64,000 nucleotides of DNA, from NCBI GenBank assembly GCA_963663545.1, contig OY760505.1:2464001-2528000 (forward strand), read 5' to 3'. The notes under the pieces are model-generated. The model did no database searches and had not been told where the DNA came from. It worked only from the letters and a program-made list of their open reading frames with translations. The translations under genes and the position numbers were made by a program. This DNA is from Candidatus Delongbacteria bacterium (GTDB lineage: Bacteria > CAIWAD01). Shown one piece after another: positions 8,736-17,385 of the stretch; position 1 is the first letter of the stretch, and each line of letters starts with the position of its first letter.

Positions 8736-11700
8736 CGTACGAGCATCAGCTTGGCAACATCTGTGCTGCGCAGCTTGCCAAGATGATCCGTGATACTCAG
8801 CCTGGCCAAGTAAAGGCCGCTGGCCAGCGCATCCGGTTGCCAGTTGACGTGGCCTGCACCAGAGGCAACAAGGCCAACAGTCTGCTGATCAACAAGCTGA
8901 CCACGCAGGTTAAACACATCCAGCTTCAGAGTTCCGGCAATCGGAGCTGTGAATGCAAGGATCGTGGATGGATTGAAGGGGTTCGGATAGACACTGGAGA
9001 TCCTGAAGTCTTGTGTCACAGGAATTGGATCCCCGAAGGGAAGATCCGTCTCCCCGCGTGCCCAAGCCAATAGTGTCATTAGCACGTCGCCGAGGTCGTC
9101 GCTGGTTCCTGCACCGGAGATGCCCTCCAGACCGAAGCCCAGCAGTAGTGCGTTGGCGTCTTCGCCAAAACAACCGTCACACACACCGGCCACTCCGCTG
9201 CCATCGGGGCTGAAGTAGCGCAGCACCTCAATGGGACAATCGATCATGGACTCGATGCGATCCATGTGTGTCTGGTTTCCTGCGCCGCCATTGAAGAGGA
9301 AGTAATACTCATCCTGCGAAAAGGGACCATACTCCAGGCCGACAAGGGCATTGTCAACTTCATCGGTGCCGGTAACCGTAGAACCAAAGGGCCCCATGAT
9401 CCAGCCGGTGTCCTGGGCCGAGGGCAAGTCCTGGCCTGTCAGTACGATATGGCCGTCTGACTCGCGGTAGTCGTCCACCATGTTGCGTTCAGATTCACTC
9501 AGCGCGCGCCCCTGGTCGCCCTGGAACCAGACAACAAGGGTTGACGCGGCCAGCAAGTCGGCGGTAACGGCTTCGGGTTGTATCACCGTGTAATACGCAA
9601 GATCATCCAAGGCTTCGGTGTAGTAGGTCTCGTATGTATCACCGCCATCGTCGTCCACAAGCAGAATCTCCGCCTCGCCGGCTGCCAGATTGAAACTGGT
9701 GTTCATCTCACCGCCGTTCCAACTGAAGTTGAGGGGAAAGTTCAGCAGGCCGTTGACAGAAGAACCAGTGTTCAAATGGAAGAGCAGGGTCAACTCCGCC
9801 AAGAAATCTGTGTCACCAAGCACCTGCGGATTGTCGTCGATAGTTATGTCATCGGTTGGCGACTGCAACGTTGCAACAAGATTCTCTGCCATTGCGCCGC
9901 AGTTCTGCAGGTCAATTTTGATCACCGACGCACCCACTGGAATCACAGGAATCGGATTCAGTGAGGAATCCAACAGCGTGATACTCGTAATACACAGCTC
10001 CGGATCACTCATGATTTCAACTTCGCTGGCGCCCAGAATCCAATCCTCGGGATCGATCTCAAGGCTCGTGATCGACTCATTGAAGGTTGCCGTGTAAGGC
10101 GTGTCCTCCTCGCTGCACCAGATCACCCGGTTTTCGACTTGTCCGCTGCTCTTTGTAATACGCACATCCACCGGCATAGTAAAGAGTTGATGACCAATAT
10201 CCACCTGGTCCTGGTGTATCACGAGCTGCAGAGTAACACCGCCACCTGGGATGTCCTGCTGGTTCCAGTAGGCGTGATACTCCGGGTAGAATTCGCCGTA
10301 GATCCACTCTTCAAAGAACCAGTCGAGCGGGTCGCCGTAATACTCTTCCATGTGGTCCTGGAACTCGGCAGTGGTCGCTGTGCGATGCGACTCTAGCTCG
10401 TTAGGACCAAGCCAGGCCTGAATGCCGAGAAAGAAGTCGTTGTCGCCCATGACATGGCGCAGCATGTGATTCACCCAGCCGCCCTTGCTGTAACTCAGGT
10501 TGCCGTCGAAGATGTTCTCGGTTTCGGGATGCTCGACATAAATCGTGCCGCCGCCCAGGAATTCCTCGCCGTCCATGTGCTGGTGCAGCGCGCTTTCGCC
10601 CAACACCTGCTCGTAATACAGGGCTTCGCTGTAAGTGGCCCAGCCTTCGTTCAGCCAGATATCGTGGAAGGTGTTGCACGTAACCTTGTCGCCCCACCAC
10701 TGGTGAGACAGTTCGTGAACAATGACGGTCTCGGTGTAGAAGCCCATCGAGGAGCAGGTTTGGTGCTCCATCGCTCCGCCCCAGGTGTATTGGGCGTGTC
10801 CGTATTTCTCGTCCTGGAAAGGATAAGTGCCGTAGAGGCTGGAAAGCACTGTCAGCGCCTCTCGCCCGCGATCCATTGCCCATTCCTGATTGTCGGTGGT
10901 CAAGCCCCAGGACCAGTCGTGCATTGGTGTCTCGATGAAGTTGTGAGACCAGGTAGTCTCCATGTGATTGTACTTCGTGACACAAATGGAAACTAGATAA
11001 GTCACTATTGGCCAGCGCTCAAACCACTCGACCGTGCGCGTGTCATCACCATTGTCCTGATCCAGACGCAGTGTACCGTTACTAACGACAGTGTTGAAGT
11101 CATCGGTTGTAACACGCACCAGCACCGAATCGGCCTTGTCGCGCGTGTCATCCTTGCACGGCCACCAGCAGCGTGCGTCGTAGGGCTCCGCCTGCGTGGT
11201 GATGACGTGAATGGTCTCGCCGGTCTGGGCGTTCTGCTGGTAAGTGCTCAACACGCCGCAATTGTTGTACGTAGCCTGGTAGTGGATCTGAAAGGAAAAC
11301 TCATCACCCACGTTCGCGGCAGCAGGCAGATCGACCGTCAGCCAATCGCCGTTGCGATCGAAATCCAGCTCTGTCTCACCTAGAAAGATGTCGTAGAGGG
11401 TCAGGTTGTCTGAGGCGTGTAACACGATCTCTTCGAGCCCGTCCAGTAGCACGCTGAAGTTCATTGTTACTGTGCCCGAGAGCGATCCCCCGCCGGCATA
11501 GGCTTCAAGATCCAGCTCGTAGTAGCTGACGTCGTAATCCACAAAGGGATCATCGCCCTCGTCCGTGTGATCCAGCAGCTTACGTGCCGCGCGCTCTTTC
11601 GCCTGAATCTCGCTATCGCGCCAGGTGTGGCGTAGCTCAGCGGGGGCTAACCAGTGTTCGTGCATACCCGCTGGCAACAGGTTCTGGTCAGTGTCTACGG

Positions 11701-11755
11701 CCTGCGCTGCAGGTGCCAGGTTCAGGCTCAGCAGCAGAGTGAGCAGGTGTAGCAT
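8732..11755 (-). CDS. Secreted M1-family zinc aminopeptidase with a T9SS/FlgD-type C-terminal domain
   Basis: Motifs 'GAMEH', 'HELSHQWWG...WLNEGWATYSE' and 'ARCWWPCKD', with tail 'YPNPFNPST...LASGLYL...KLMLVR'. The start at 11755 (MLHLLTLL) has an AGAGGT RBS. Confidence 0.9.
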   Translation of the reverse strand: MLHLLTLLLSLNLAPAAQAVDTDQNLLPAGMHEHWLAPAELRHTWRDSEIQAKERAARKLLDHTDEGDDPFVDYDVSYYELDLEAYAGGGSLSGTVTMNFSVLLDGLEEIVLHASDNLTLYDIFLGETELDFDRNGDWLTVDLPAAANVGDEFSFQIHYQATYNNCGVLSTYQQNAQTGETIHVITTQAEPYDARCWWPCKDDTRDKADSVLVRVTTDDFNTVVSNGTLRLDQDNGDDTRTVEWFERWPIVTYLVSICVTKYNHMETTWSHNFIETPMHDWSWGLTTDNQEWAMDRGREALTVLSSLYGTYPFQDEKYGHAQYTWGGAMEHQTCSSMGFYTETVIVHELSHQWWGDKVTCNTFHDIWLNEGWATYSEALYYEQVLGESALHQHMDGEEFLGGGTIYVEHPETENIFDGNLSYSKGGWVNHMLRHVMGDNDFFLGIQAWLGPNELESHRTATTAEFQDHMEEYYGDPLDWFFEEWIYGEFYPEYHAYWNQQDIPGGGVTLQLVIHQDQVDIGHQLFTMPVDVRITKSSGQVENRVIWCSEEDTPYTATFNESITSLEIDPEDWILGASEVEIMSDPELCITSITLLDSSLNPIPVIPVGASVIKIDLQNCGAMAENLVATLQSPTDDITIDDNPQVLGDTDFLAELTLLFHLNTGSSVNGLLNFPLNFSWNGGEMNTSFNLAAGEAEILLVDDDGGDTYETYYTEALDDLAYYTVIQPEAVTADLLAASTLVVWFQGDQGRALSESERNMVDDYRESDGHIVLTGQDLPSAQDTGWIMGPFGSTVTGTDEVDNALVGLEYGPFSQDEYYFLFNGGAGNQTHMDRIESMIDCPIEVLRYFSPDGSGVAGVCDGCFGEDANALLLGFGLEGISGAGTSDDLGDVLMTLLAWARGETDLPFGDPIPVTQDFRISSVYPNPFNPSTILAFTAPIAGTLKLDVFNLRGQLVDQQTVGLVASGAGHVNWQPDALASGLYLARLSITDHLGKLRSTDVAKLMLVR

Positions 11756-11983
11756 GGTATACCTCTGGTTTGGTGTTCGTTTGCTTAGGCCAAAGATAAC
11801 AGATCGCGAGGGTGGCAAACAGGATCAATGCGGCCGCGTGCTCGAAAGACATTCGCGGTGACACAGTTCGCACCTCTACTTCTGGCCGGTTTCCGTTGGG
11901 GGCACAAGGCCAAGACGGTAGCGCCGACGCGTACCTGCACTGCTGTGGATTGCTACATTGCCAGCGAGTAATCGGAGGCTTTC

Positions 11984-12973
11984 ATGATCATCATCACTGG
12001 TGGCGCGGGCCTGATTGGTAGCGCACTTGTCTGGCAGCTAAACCGCGAAGGCGTGGACGACATTCTAATCGTCGACCGCCTGGGTGCAACGGAGAAGTGG
12101 CGCAACCTGGCTCCGCTGGCCTATCGCGACTACATGCACAAGCAGGCTTTTCATCAGCAGGTGCTGGAACGCGGGTTGCCCGAGGGCACTGAAGCCGTGT
12201 TTCACATGGGTGCCTGCAGCTCCACCACCGAGCGTGATGCAGATTATCTGCTTGAAAACAACAGCCACTACAGCTGCGATCTGGCGCTGGCAGCGGCCGA
12301 GGCCGGAGTGCGCTTCATTTATGCCTCCAGCGCGGCCACTTATGGCGACGGTGAAGAGGGCTACGCCGATGGGCTGCAAGATCTTGACCGCCTGCGTCCC
12401 ATGTCGATCTACGGCTATTCCAAGCACTTCTTCGACATGTGGATGAAGCGCCACGAATTGTACAAGGACGCCGTTGGTTTCAAGTTCTTTAACGTCTTCG
12501 GCGTCAACGAGTATCACAAGGGCGAGATGCGCTCCATGGTGCTCAAGGCCTGGGAGCAGATCAACGAGAAAGGTCGCGTCAAGCTCTTTGCCAACCATCG
12601 TCCGGGGTTCAGCGACGGTGACGAGCAGCGCGACTTTGTCTATGTGAAGGACGTGGCACTGACCAGCGTGCGCGCCCTTGATCGCAAGGTGCCCGGTGGC
12701 TTATACAACCTGGGTACGGGCAAACCGCGCAGTTTCCGTGATCTGGTGGTTGCGGTGTTTACAGCCATGGGGCGGCGCGCCGAGATCGATTGGGTAGCCA
12801 TGCCGCACGCGCTCCGCAATCAGTACCAGTACTACACCTGCGCCGACATGGAGCAGACGCGGCAGGCGGGGCTCCCTGTTCCCGCCACCAGCCTTGAAGA
12901 TGCGGTTCACGATTACGTAACCAACTACCTGTTGCAGGGCATGCGTCATCTAGGCTGGGATTCGCAGAAATAA
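11984..12973 (+). CDS. hldD: ADP-L-glycero-D-manno-heptose 6-epimerase
   Basis: Motifs 'MIIITGGAGLIGS', 'HMGACSSTTE', 'YASSAATYG', 'YGYSK', 'RDFVYVKD' and 'YQYYTCAD'. Confidence 0.92.
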   Translation: MIIITGGAGLIGSALVWQLNREGVDDILIVDRLGATEKWRNLAPLAYRDYMHKQAFHQQVLERGLPEGTEAVFHMGACSSTTERDADYLLENNSHYSCDLALAAAEAGVRFIYASSAATYGDGEEGYADGLQDLDRLRPMSIYGYSKHFFDMWMKRHELYKDAVGFKFFNVFGVNEYHKGEMRSMVLKAWEQINEKGRVKLFANHRPGFSDGDEQRDFVYVKDVALTSVRALDRKVPGGLYNLGTGKPRSFRDLVVAVFTAMGRRAEIDWVAMPHALRNQYQYYTCADMEQTRQAGLPVPATSLEDAVHDYVTNYLLQGMRHLGWDSQK

Positions 12974-12992
12974 CTACGATTTGAATCGCTGC

Positions 12993-13031
12993 GCGGGTCA
13001 GGCTCTTTGCGCTCTGACCCGCTCTTTGTTT
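12993..13031 (+). terminator. Probable Rho-independent terminator after hldD
   Basis: GCGGGTCAG...CTGACCCGC stem followed by TCTTTGTTT. Confidence 0.6.
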
Positions 13032-13140
13032 CATTGGCTGCCTGTCCCTGATGGGGCCCACCGCTGAGCCTCAAAAGGAACGTGTTCAATCGATTTTCAA
13101 AATAAGGCGCCCCTGCGCGTCGAAGAGTTGCGGAGGAATC

Positions 13141-14220
13141 ATGACCCAGAAGAAGCTGTTCATCCCCGGTCCGGTGGATGTGCGTCCCGAGGCTCTGCAG
13201 GCAATGGCCACGCCGATGATCGGCCATCGCTCCAAGGACGCCAGCGCCCTGCAGCGCTCCATTTCCGAGAAGCTGCAGAAGGTCTTCCAGACAAAGCAGC
13301 AGATCCTTCTTTCTACGACCTCGGGCAGCGGCCTGATGGAAGGTTCGATTCGTTCCTTCACTGGTCGCAAAGTGGCCGTGTTCTCCGTTGGCGCGTTTGG
13401 CAAGCGCTGGTACGAGATGGCCGTTACCAACGGCGTCAATGCCGAGCTCTTCGAAGTGCCCCAGGGACTGCCCACCCTGCCTTCTAAGGTAGACGAGGTG
13501 TTGGCCACCGGCCAGTTCGACACCTTCACCATTACCCACAACGAGACTTCTTCCGGCGTGATGAACCCGGTGGAGGAGATCGCCGCGATTCGTAATACAA
13601 AGTATGCCGACGTGATCTGGCTGATGGATACCGTGTCTTCCATGGGTGGCACAAGCATCAAGGTGGACGAGCTGGGTGTTGATTGCTGTATCACGTCGAC
13701 TCAGAAGAGCCTGGGGCTGCCTCCCGGAATGGCCATTTGTTCCGTCAGCGAGCGCGCTATCGAGCGTGGTCGTGGCGTCAAGAACCGCGGCTTCTATCTG
13801 GACATGGTTCAGCTCTACGACTTCATCTTCAAGAAAGACTTCCAGTATCCCAGCACTCCCAGCCTGAGTCACATGTTCGCGCTGGATCAGCAGCTGAGCT
13901 ATATCCTCGACGTCGAGGGCCTGGAGAATCGTTGGGAGCGCCATCGCCAGGGCATGGAAATCGTGCGGGAGTGGGGTCGCAAGCATTGGGAATTGCTGGT
14001 TGAGGATCGCTACGCCAGCCGCACCGTGACCGTTATTCGTAACACGCGGGAAATCAGCATTGCCGACCTGAACAAGGAACTGGGCGCGCGCGGCTACCAG
14101 ATCGCCAACGGTTACGGCGAGCTGAAGGACAAGACCTTCCGCATCGCGCACATGGCCGATCGCAAGCTGGACGACATTCGTGCACTGCTGGGCGAGATCG
14201 AGGACATCCTGGGACTGTAG
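13141..14220 (+). CDS. Class-V PLP aminotransferase (serine-pyruvate/alanine-glyoxylate type)
   Basis: Motifs 'LFIPGP', 'MIGHRS', 'HNETSSG', 'DTVSS', the PLP lysine in 'STQKSLGLPPG', and 'FRIAHM'. GGAGG RBS. Confidence 0.88.
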   Translation: MTQKKLFIPGPVDVRPEALQAMATPMIGHRSKDASALQRSISEKLQKVFQTKQQILLSTTSGSGLMEGSIRSFTGRKVAVFSVGAFGKRWYEMAVTNGVNAELFEVPQGLPTLPSKVDEVLATGQFDTFTITHNETSSGVMNPVEEIAAIRNTKYADVIWLMDTVSSMGGTSIKVDELGVDCCITSTQKSLGLPPGMAICSVSERAIERGRGVKNRGFYLDMVQLYDFIFKKDFQYPSTPSLSHMFALDQQLSYILDVEGLENRWERHRQGMEIVREWGRKHWELLVEDRYASRTVTVIRNTREISIADLNKELGARGYQIANGYGELKDKTFRIAHMADRKLDDIRALLGEIEDILGL

Positions 14221-14247
14221 TCCCGATTGTATCACAAGGAGGATTAC

Positions 14248-15159
14248 ATGACCAAGGTTCTGCTGAACGACGGTCTGTCCAAGGATGCCATTGCCGAGCT
14301 GCAGAAGCTGGGCTTTGATGTGGACGCCAATCATTACGACGGTGACGAGCTCTGCGAAAGGGTCAAGAACGTGGACGCCGTTGTGGTACGCAGCGCGACC
14401 AAGTTCCGTGAGCCCTTTATCAAGGCCGCTCTCGAGACCGGACGCATGAAGCTGATCATTCGCGGCGGTGTGGGCATTGACAATATCGATCACGTTTTCG
14501 CCCGCGAGAACGGCATTGATGTGCGTAACACGCCGGGCGCGTCAAGTGCCAGCGTGGCCGAGTTGGCCATTGCACACATGTTCGCCATCAGCCGTTTCAT
14601 CGGTGTGTCCAACTACACCATGCGCAATGGTGAGTGGAACAAGAGCAGCTACAAGGGCGTCGAGCTGGCCGGTGCTACACTGGGCCTGATCGGCATTGGT
14701 CGCATCGGTCAGGAAACAGCCGGACGCGCCATGGCCCTGGGCATGCGCGTAATCTACACCGATCTGCCGGGCGTCGAGTGGAAGGACAGCGGTGCGACCC
14801 GCGTCGAGATGGATCAGCTGCTGGCCGAGTCCGACTATATCTCGTTGCACATTCCTTTCGACAAGGCCAAGGGCGCCACGCTGGGCGCGGCCGAGTTTGC
14901 CAAGATGAAGAAGGGCGTGCGCCTGGTGAACTGTGCGCGCGGCGGTACTGTTGATGAGAAGGCGCTGCTGGACGCGCTGAACAGCGGTCAGGTCGCGGCT
15001 GCCGGTATCGACGTTTTCGAGAAGGAGCCCACCGAGAATCTCGAGCTGGTGCGCCATCCCAATGTGAGTGTCACACCGCACATCGGTGCGCAGACGGCTC
15101 AGGGCCAGGCCCGCGTCGGTGCTGAAGTGGTGGAGATCCTCAAGGAGTACTTTGCCTGA
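14248..15159 (+). CDS. serA: D-3-phosphoglycerate dehydrogenase, short form without an ACT domain
   Basis: Motifs 'RSATK', 'RGGVGIDNID', 'GIGRIG', 'NCARGG', 'DVFEKEP' and 'TPHIGAQT'. An AAGGAGG RBS precedes the ATG at 14248. Confidence 0.8.
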   Translation: MTKVLLNDGLSKDAIAELQKLGFDVDANHYDGDELCERVKNVDAVVVRSATKFREPFIKAALETGRMKLIIRGGVGIDNIDHVFARENGIDVRNTPGASSASVAELAIAHMFAISRFIGVSNYTMRNGEWNKSSYKGVELAGATLGLIGIGRIGQETAGRAMALGMRVIYTDLPGVEWKDSGATRVEMDQLLAESDYISLHIPFDKAKGATLGAAEFAKMKKGVRLVNCARGGTVDEKALLDALNSGQVAAAGIDVFEKEPTENLELVRHPNVSVTPHIGAQTAQGQARVGAEVVEILKEYFA

Positions 15160-15239
15160 TTCGTCGGGCAGACGCTTGTATTACACAGCCCTTCCTTCCG
15201 TGATACGGGGGGAAGGGCTTTCGAAACAAAGGAACAACG

Positions 15240-16490
15240 ATGGCAATATTCCAACCCTTCATGGGATTCCGTCCTCGCATCGATCTGGCCGAGCGCATTG
15301 CGTCCAAGCCCTACGATGTGCTGGACAGCGACGAGGCCCGCGTAGAGGCCGAGGGCAATGACGACAGCTTCCTGCACGTGGTGAAGAGCGAGATCGACCT
15401 GCCGCAGGATCTGGATCACTACGACCTGCAAGTGTACGCCAAGGCGCGCGAGAATCTGGATCGCCTGATCGATCTGGGCAAGCTGGTGCAGGACGATCGC
15501 GACTGCTTCTATTTCTATCAGCAGGAGATGAATGGCCGCACGCAGACGGGCATCGTCGGTTGTGCCGCCGTCAGCGACTATGTCAACGACGTGATCAAGA
15601 AGCACGAGCATACGCGCGCCGACAAGGAGAATGACCGTATTCGCCACGTCGACACCACCAATGCCAACACGGGGCCGGTTTTTCTGACCTACCGTAGCAC
15701 GGAGCGCATTGACCGCATTGTCGAAGAGTGGATCACGGCGCGCAAGCCGGTCTACAATTTCACCGCTGATGGCGTGCGACACACGGTTTGGGTATGTGAC
15801 GACGGCAAGATCAACACCGAGCTGGTGCAGTGCTTTGCCCGCATCAAGTATCTCTATGTCGCCGATGGACACCATCGCAGCGCCAGTGCCGCCAAAGTTG
15901 GGCAAATGCGTCGCGACGCGAATCCGGATCACACGGGCAACGAAGAGTACAACCGCTTCCTGGCCGTCTGCTTCCCCAGCGAGCAGCTGCATATCATGGA
16001 TTACAACCGCGTGATCATGGATCTGGGTGGCCGTGATACAGCGACCTTCCTGGCCGATCTGGAGAAGGCCGGCTTTGTCGTGGAAGAACACGGCGAGCTT
16101 GGCAATCCCTATCACCCGGAGAGCAAGGGCACTTTTGGCTTGTACATCGACAAGCGCTGGTACAAGATGACGGCGAAGCCCGAGATCGTACCCAACGATC
16201 CCGTTGGTGGACTCGATGTGGCCGTGATACAAAAGCAGGTGTTGGCTGGTATGCTCGGAATCGAGGATCCGCGCACCGATAAGCGCATCGACTTTGTCGG
16301 CGGCATTCGCGGTCTCGGCGAGCTGGAGCGTCGCGTCGAGAAGGGTACGGGCGTGTGTGCCATCAGTATGTTCCCGACTTCTATCGACGATCTGATGTCG
16401 GTGGCCGATGCGGGCAAAGTGATGCCGCCCAAGTCCACCTGGTTCGAGCCCAAGTTGCGCAGCGGTCTGGTGATTCATCGTCTGAGCTAG
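15240..16490 (+). CDS. DUF1015 family protein
   Basis: Motifs 'PYDV', 'IKKHEHTRADKE.DR', 'YVADGHHRSASA' and 'MPPKSTWFEPKLRSGL'. Confidence 0.9.
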   Translation: MAIFQPFMGFRPRIDLAERIASKPYDVLDSDEARVEAEGNDDSFLHVVKSEIDLPQDLDHYDLQVYAKARENLDRLIDLGKLVQDDRDCFYFYQQEMNGRTQTGIVGCAAVSDYVNDVIKKHEHTRADKENDRIRHVDTTNANTGPVFLTYRSTERIDRIVEEWITARKPVYNFTADGVRHTVWVCDDGKINTELVQCFARIKYLYVADGHHRSASAAKVGQMRRDANPDHTGNEEYNRFLAVCFPSEQLHIMDYNRVIMDLGGRDTATFLADLEKAGFVVEEHGELGNPYHPESKGTFGLYIDKRWYKMTAKPEIVPNDPVGGLDVAVIQKQVLAGMLGIEDPRTDKRIDFVGGIRGLGELERRVEKGTGVCAISMFPTSIDDLMSVADAGKVMPPKSTWFEPKLRSGLVIHRLS

Positions 16491-16511
16491 CCGCGTTGCA
16501 TTTGTAGAAAC

Positions 16512-16550
16512 AACCCCGTTATTCAAGAGTGGATGACGGGGTTTTCTCTT
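16512..16550 (+). terminator. Rho-independent terminator
   Basis: AACCCCGTTATTC...GGATGACGGGGTT followed by TTCTCTT. Confidence 0.75.
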
Positions 16551-16593
16551 GTCGGGCAAAGCTGACTTCGGCAGATTATGGCGGGAGGTGAAT

Positions 16594-17064
16594 ATGGATG
16601 TGAAGCGCGGACTGGCCAGAGACCTACTGTTGCTATTGCTGAGCGCGATTCCCGCTTGGTTGGTAGCTGGCCATATGGACCTGCTTGAAAGTCTGGTGGA
16701 GTTTTCGCAGCATCACGAACACCTTGAATTGGACGAGCTGATCGTGGCCGGGCTGTTCATGATGGTAGCCTCAACCTTCGTTATCTATCGTCAGTGGCGT
16801 CAAGCGCTTGATGCACGACGGCGCGCAGAGCGCAACTCAGCCGAATTGCAAGTAGCAATGCAGGAAGTGAAAACCCTGCGTGGCATTTTGCCCATCTGCT
16901 TCAACTGCAAACGCATTCGAAATGACACCGGTTACTGGCAACAGTTGGAGGAGTACATCGGGCAGCACAGCGAGGCGATGTTCAGCCACGGTTTGTGTGA
17001 GGAGTGCGCACTCAAGCTCTTTCCCGAGTACGCCGACGAGGAGCCAAAGCCTGAGCGCGACTAG
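16594..17064 (+). CDS. Membrane protein with a C-terminal CxxC...CxxC domain
   Basis: GGAGGTG RBS, two TM helices, a coiled coil, then 'TLRGILPICFNCKRIRND.GYW...FSHGLCEEC'. Confidence 0.75.
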   Translation: MDVKRGLARDLLLLLLSAIPAWLVAGHMDLLESLVEFSQHHEHLELDELIVAGLFMMVASTFVIYRQWRQALDARRRAERNSAELQVAMQEVKTLRGILPICFNCKRIRNDTGYWQQLEEYIGQHSEAMFSHGLCEECALKLFPEYADEEPKPERD

Positions 17065-17109
17065 CCTGTGTGATACACCGGAAACCCGTTTCCCCAACCC
17101 GGAGGCCTT

Positions 17110-17385
17110 CTGGATATAGCCCTGCTTGCACTGACACTGCTACTGGCGATAGTGGCCTTCTTTCTTCTGATTTCCTTCCTGAGCGCCGAGGTTCACCATC
17201 CCGGTGAAGGCGTTGCCGTGCTCAAACTGCTGCTGCGTGATCCACACTCGAACAGGATACGTGCGCACGAACTGCCACGCATTCGTAGAATCGGCCGTCT
17301 TGGTCTCTGGCTATTGGCGCTGGTGCTTGTCTGGGCTGCGTTATCCCTCTACGGTCTTTTCACGGGCTTGCTCGAAGTCCTGTGA
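17110..17385 (+). CDS. Small two-TM hypothetical protein; the start is uncertain (CTG 17110 or GTG 17152)
   Basis: GGAGG at 17101-17105 and two hydrophobic segments. It overlaps the 3' end of the convergent xdhC. Confidence 0.4.
   Translation: MDIALLALTLLLAIVAFFLLISFLSAEVHHPGEGVAVLKLLLRDPHSNRIRAHELPRIRRIGRLGLWLLALVLVWAALSLYGLFTGLLEVL

Noticed and set aside
12946..16559. Long antisense ORFs (12946-14493, 515 aa; 15099-16559, 486 aa)
   Set aside because: They mirror strongly codon-biased sense genes, have no recognisable motifs and lack clear RBSs. This is the expected shadow-ORF artefact.
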